Shown here piece after piece: positions 61,721-64,000 of a DNA stretch of 64,000 bases. This DNA comes from the human T2T-CHM13v2.0 reference genome, Homo sapiens: NCBI RefSeq assembly GCF_009914755.1, contig NC_060936.1; one strand, 5' to 3'. Every line of letters starts with the position of its first letter. Positions within the stretch are counted from its first letter, which is position 1. Below the pieces are notes generated by a model. The model made no database searches and was not told where the DNA came from. It saw only the letters and a list, made by a program, of their open reading frames with translations. Position numbers and translations under genes: made by a program.

Positions 61721-62444
61721 ATTAATGAGTTGTGCCAAGTTGTGGCTCAATCCAGGGCCTTGGCTCATGGTCTTCACCCTTTCTCTGGCATTACCAGAGA
61801 TGCCTCCCCTAAATGCCCATTTCCCTCCTATCTAAATTATTATCTTTATGATAATTTTTCTTCAGAGGCCTGTGTATTTCACGTGTGTGTTTTCATTAAT
61901 GTCTCCCCCACCACACTGTAAGCTCTGTGAGCTCAGTAACCATGTAGCTTTCTCACTGCAGTATATCTGGCATCTAGAGAGAACTGATAGAAGTAAGCCT
62001 TCAATACATTTTTGTTGAGTGAGTGAATGAAACGTTTTATGGCTCAAAAATTGGCTCTCAAGGCAATTCTAATAAAAATAGAAGTTTTCTGAGCAACAAA
62101 TGGCAGCATCACAAAAATACAGTCCATCTCCCCCAAATGGAAGAACTCTTAATTGGTGAAGAAACCAACTTGTACTTTAGAGTCACACTATCTCTTTAAC
62201 AAAGTGCTTGACTCTCGAGCCAAGATGGCCGAATAGGAACAGCTCCAGTCTACAGCTCCCAGCGTAAGCGATGCAGAAGACGGGTGATTTCTGCATTTAC
62301 ATCTGAGGTACCGAGTTCATCACACTGGGGAGTGCCAGACAGTGGGCGCAGGCCAGTGGGTGCGCGCACCGTGCGCGAGCCGAAGCAGGGCGAGGCATTG
62401 CCTCACCTGGGAAGCGCAAGGGGTCAGGGAGTTCCCTTTCGGAG

Positions 62445-62660
62445 TCAAAGAAAGGGGTGACGGATGCACCTGGAAAATCGGGTCACTCCCACCCGAATAT
62501 GGCGCTTTTCAGACTGGCTTAAAAAACGGCGCACCACGAGACAATATCCCACACCTGGCTCGGAGGGTCCTACGCCCACGGAATCTCGCGGATTGCTAGC
62601 ACAGCAGTCTGAGATCAAACTGCAAGGCGGCAGCAAGGCTGGGGGAGAGGCGCCCGCCAT
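62445..62660 (-). CDS. L1 ORF0 (71 aa), intact
   Basis: MAGASPPALLPPCSLISDCCASNPRDSVGVGPSEPGVGYCLVVRRFLSQSEKRHIRVGVTRFSRCIRHPFL*; ATG in GCAATGG context. Expression not shown. Confidence 0.8.
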   Translation of the reverse strand: MAGASPPALLPPCSLISDCCASNPRDSVGVGPSEPGVGYCLVVRRFLSQSEKRHIRVGVTRFSRCIRHPFL

Positions 62661-63115
62661 TGCCCAGGCTTGCTTAGGTAAACAAAGCAGCCTGGAAGCT
62701 CGAACTGGGTGGAGCCCACCACAGCTCAAGGAGGCCTGCCTGCCTCTGTAGGCTCCACCTCTGGGGGCAGGGCACAGACAAACAAAAAGACAGCAGTAAC
62801 CTCTGCAGACTTAAATGTCCCTGTCTGACAGCTTTGAAGAGAGCAGTGGTTCTCCCAGCACGCAGCTGGAGATCTGAGAACGGGCAGACTGCCTCCTCAA
62901 GTGGGTCCCTGACCCCTGACCCCCGAGCAGCCTAACTGGGAGGCACCCCCCAGCAGCGGCACACTGACACCTCACATGGCAGGGTATTCCAACAGACCTG
63001 CAGCTGAGGGTCCTGTCTGTTAGAAGGGAAACTAACAAACAGAAAGGACATCCACACCAAAAACCCATCTGTACATCACCATCATCAAAGACCAAAAGTA
63101 GATAAAACCACAAAG

Positions 63116-64000
63116 ATGGGGAAAAAACAGAACAGAAAAACTGGAAACTCTAAAACGCAGAGCGCCTCTCCTCCTCCAAAGGAACGCAGTTCCTCACCAG
63201 CAACGGAACAAAGCTGGATGGAGAATGATTTTGATGAGCTGAGAGAAGAAGGCTTCAGACGATCAAATTACTCTGAGCTACGGGAGGACATTCAAACCAA
63301 AGGCAAAGAAGTTGAAAACTTTGAAAAAAATTTATAAGAATGTATAACTAGAATAACCCATACAGAGAAGTGCTTAAAGGAGCTGATGGAGCTGAAAGCC
63401 AAGGCTCGAGAACTACGTGAAGAATGCAGAAGCCTCAGGAGCCGATGCGATCAACTGGAAGAAAGGGTATCAGCAACGGAAGATGAAATGAATGAAATGA
63501 AGCGAGAAGGGAAGTTTAGAGAAAAAAGAATAAAAAGAAATGAGCAAAGCCTCCAAGAAATATGGGACTATGTGAAAAGACCAAATCTACGTCTGATTGG
63601 TGTACCTGAAAGTGATGCGGAGAATGGAACCAAGTTGGAAAACACTCTGCAGGATATTATCCAGGAGAACTTCCCCAATCTAGCAAGGCAGGCCAACGTT
63701 CAGATTCAGGAAATACAGAGAATGCCACAAAGATACTCCTCGAGAAGAGCAACTCCAAGACACATAATTGTCAGATTCACCAAAGTTGAAATGAAGGAAA
63801 AAATGTTAAGGGCAGCCAGAGAGAAAGGTCGGGTTACCCTCAAAGGGAAGCCCATCAGACTAACAGCGGATCTCTCGGCAGAAACCCTACAAGCCAGAAG
63901 AGAGTGAGGGCCAATATTCAACATTCTTAAAGAAAAGAATTTTCAACCCAGAATTTCATATCCAGCCAAACAAAGCTTCATAAGTGAAGGAGAAATAAAA
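63116..64000 (+). pseudogene. L1 ORF1, inactivated
   Basis: Premature TAA at 63335-63337 and TGA at 63905-63907. Confidence 0.92.

Larger units (their letters stand above)
62217..64000 (+). mobile_element. Young L1PA (PA2/3-like): near-complete CpG-rich 5'UTR and ORF1; continues beyond window
   Basis: gagccaagatggccgaataggaacagctcc start (YY1 site); ORF1 MGKKQNRKTGNSKTQSASPPPKERSS at 63116. Confidence 0.97.

Noticed and set aside
63116-64000. Retrotransposition-competent L1
   Set aside because: ORF1 has two premature stops; ORF2 lies outside the window.

Overview
This is AT-rich, repeat-dense primate genomic DNA, most likely human. It is almost entirely intronic sequence of SLC2A13 (HMIT/GLUT13, the H+/myo-inositol symporter) on the minus strand. 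I can support only one host coding exon: 109 bp at 35137-35245, encoding (A)[35 protein letters not shown](M), which includes the TM7 QQLSGIN motif. The rest is Alu, L1, L2, MIR, MaLR/ERVL LTR and DNA-transposon relics. Nearly all ORFs in the supplied track are spurious or transposon-derived. The main observations are: (1) a young L1PA element antisense to the host, with dead ORF1 but intact ORF0, whose first splice donor is in frame with the SLC2A13 exon 27 kb downstream, predicting an ORF0-HMIT half-transporter fusion; (2) a complex ~0.5 kb inverted repeat with nested tandem duplications at 6.5-8.7 kb; (3) a BC200-type retrocopy; (4) a nested, deleted and partly inverted L1PB/L1PA chimera; (5) several templated-insertion scars. 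Repeat subfamily calls were made by eye, and the boundaries of old elements are approximate.
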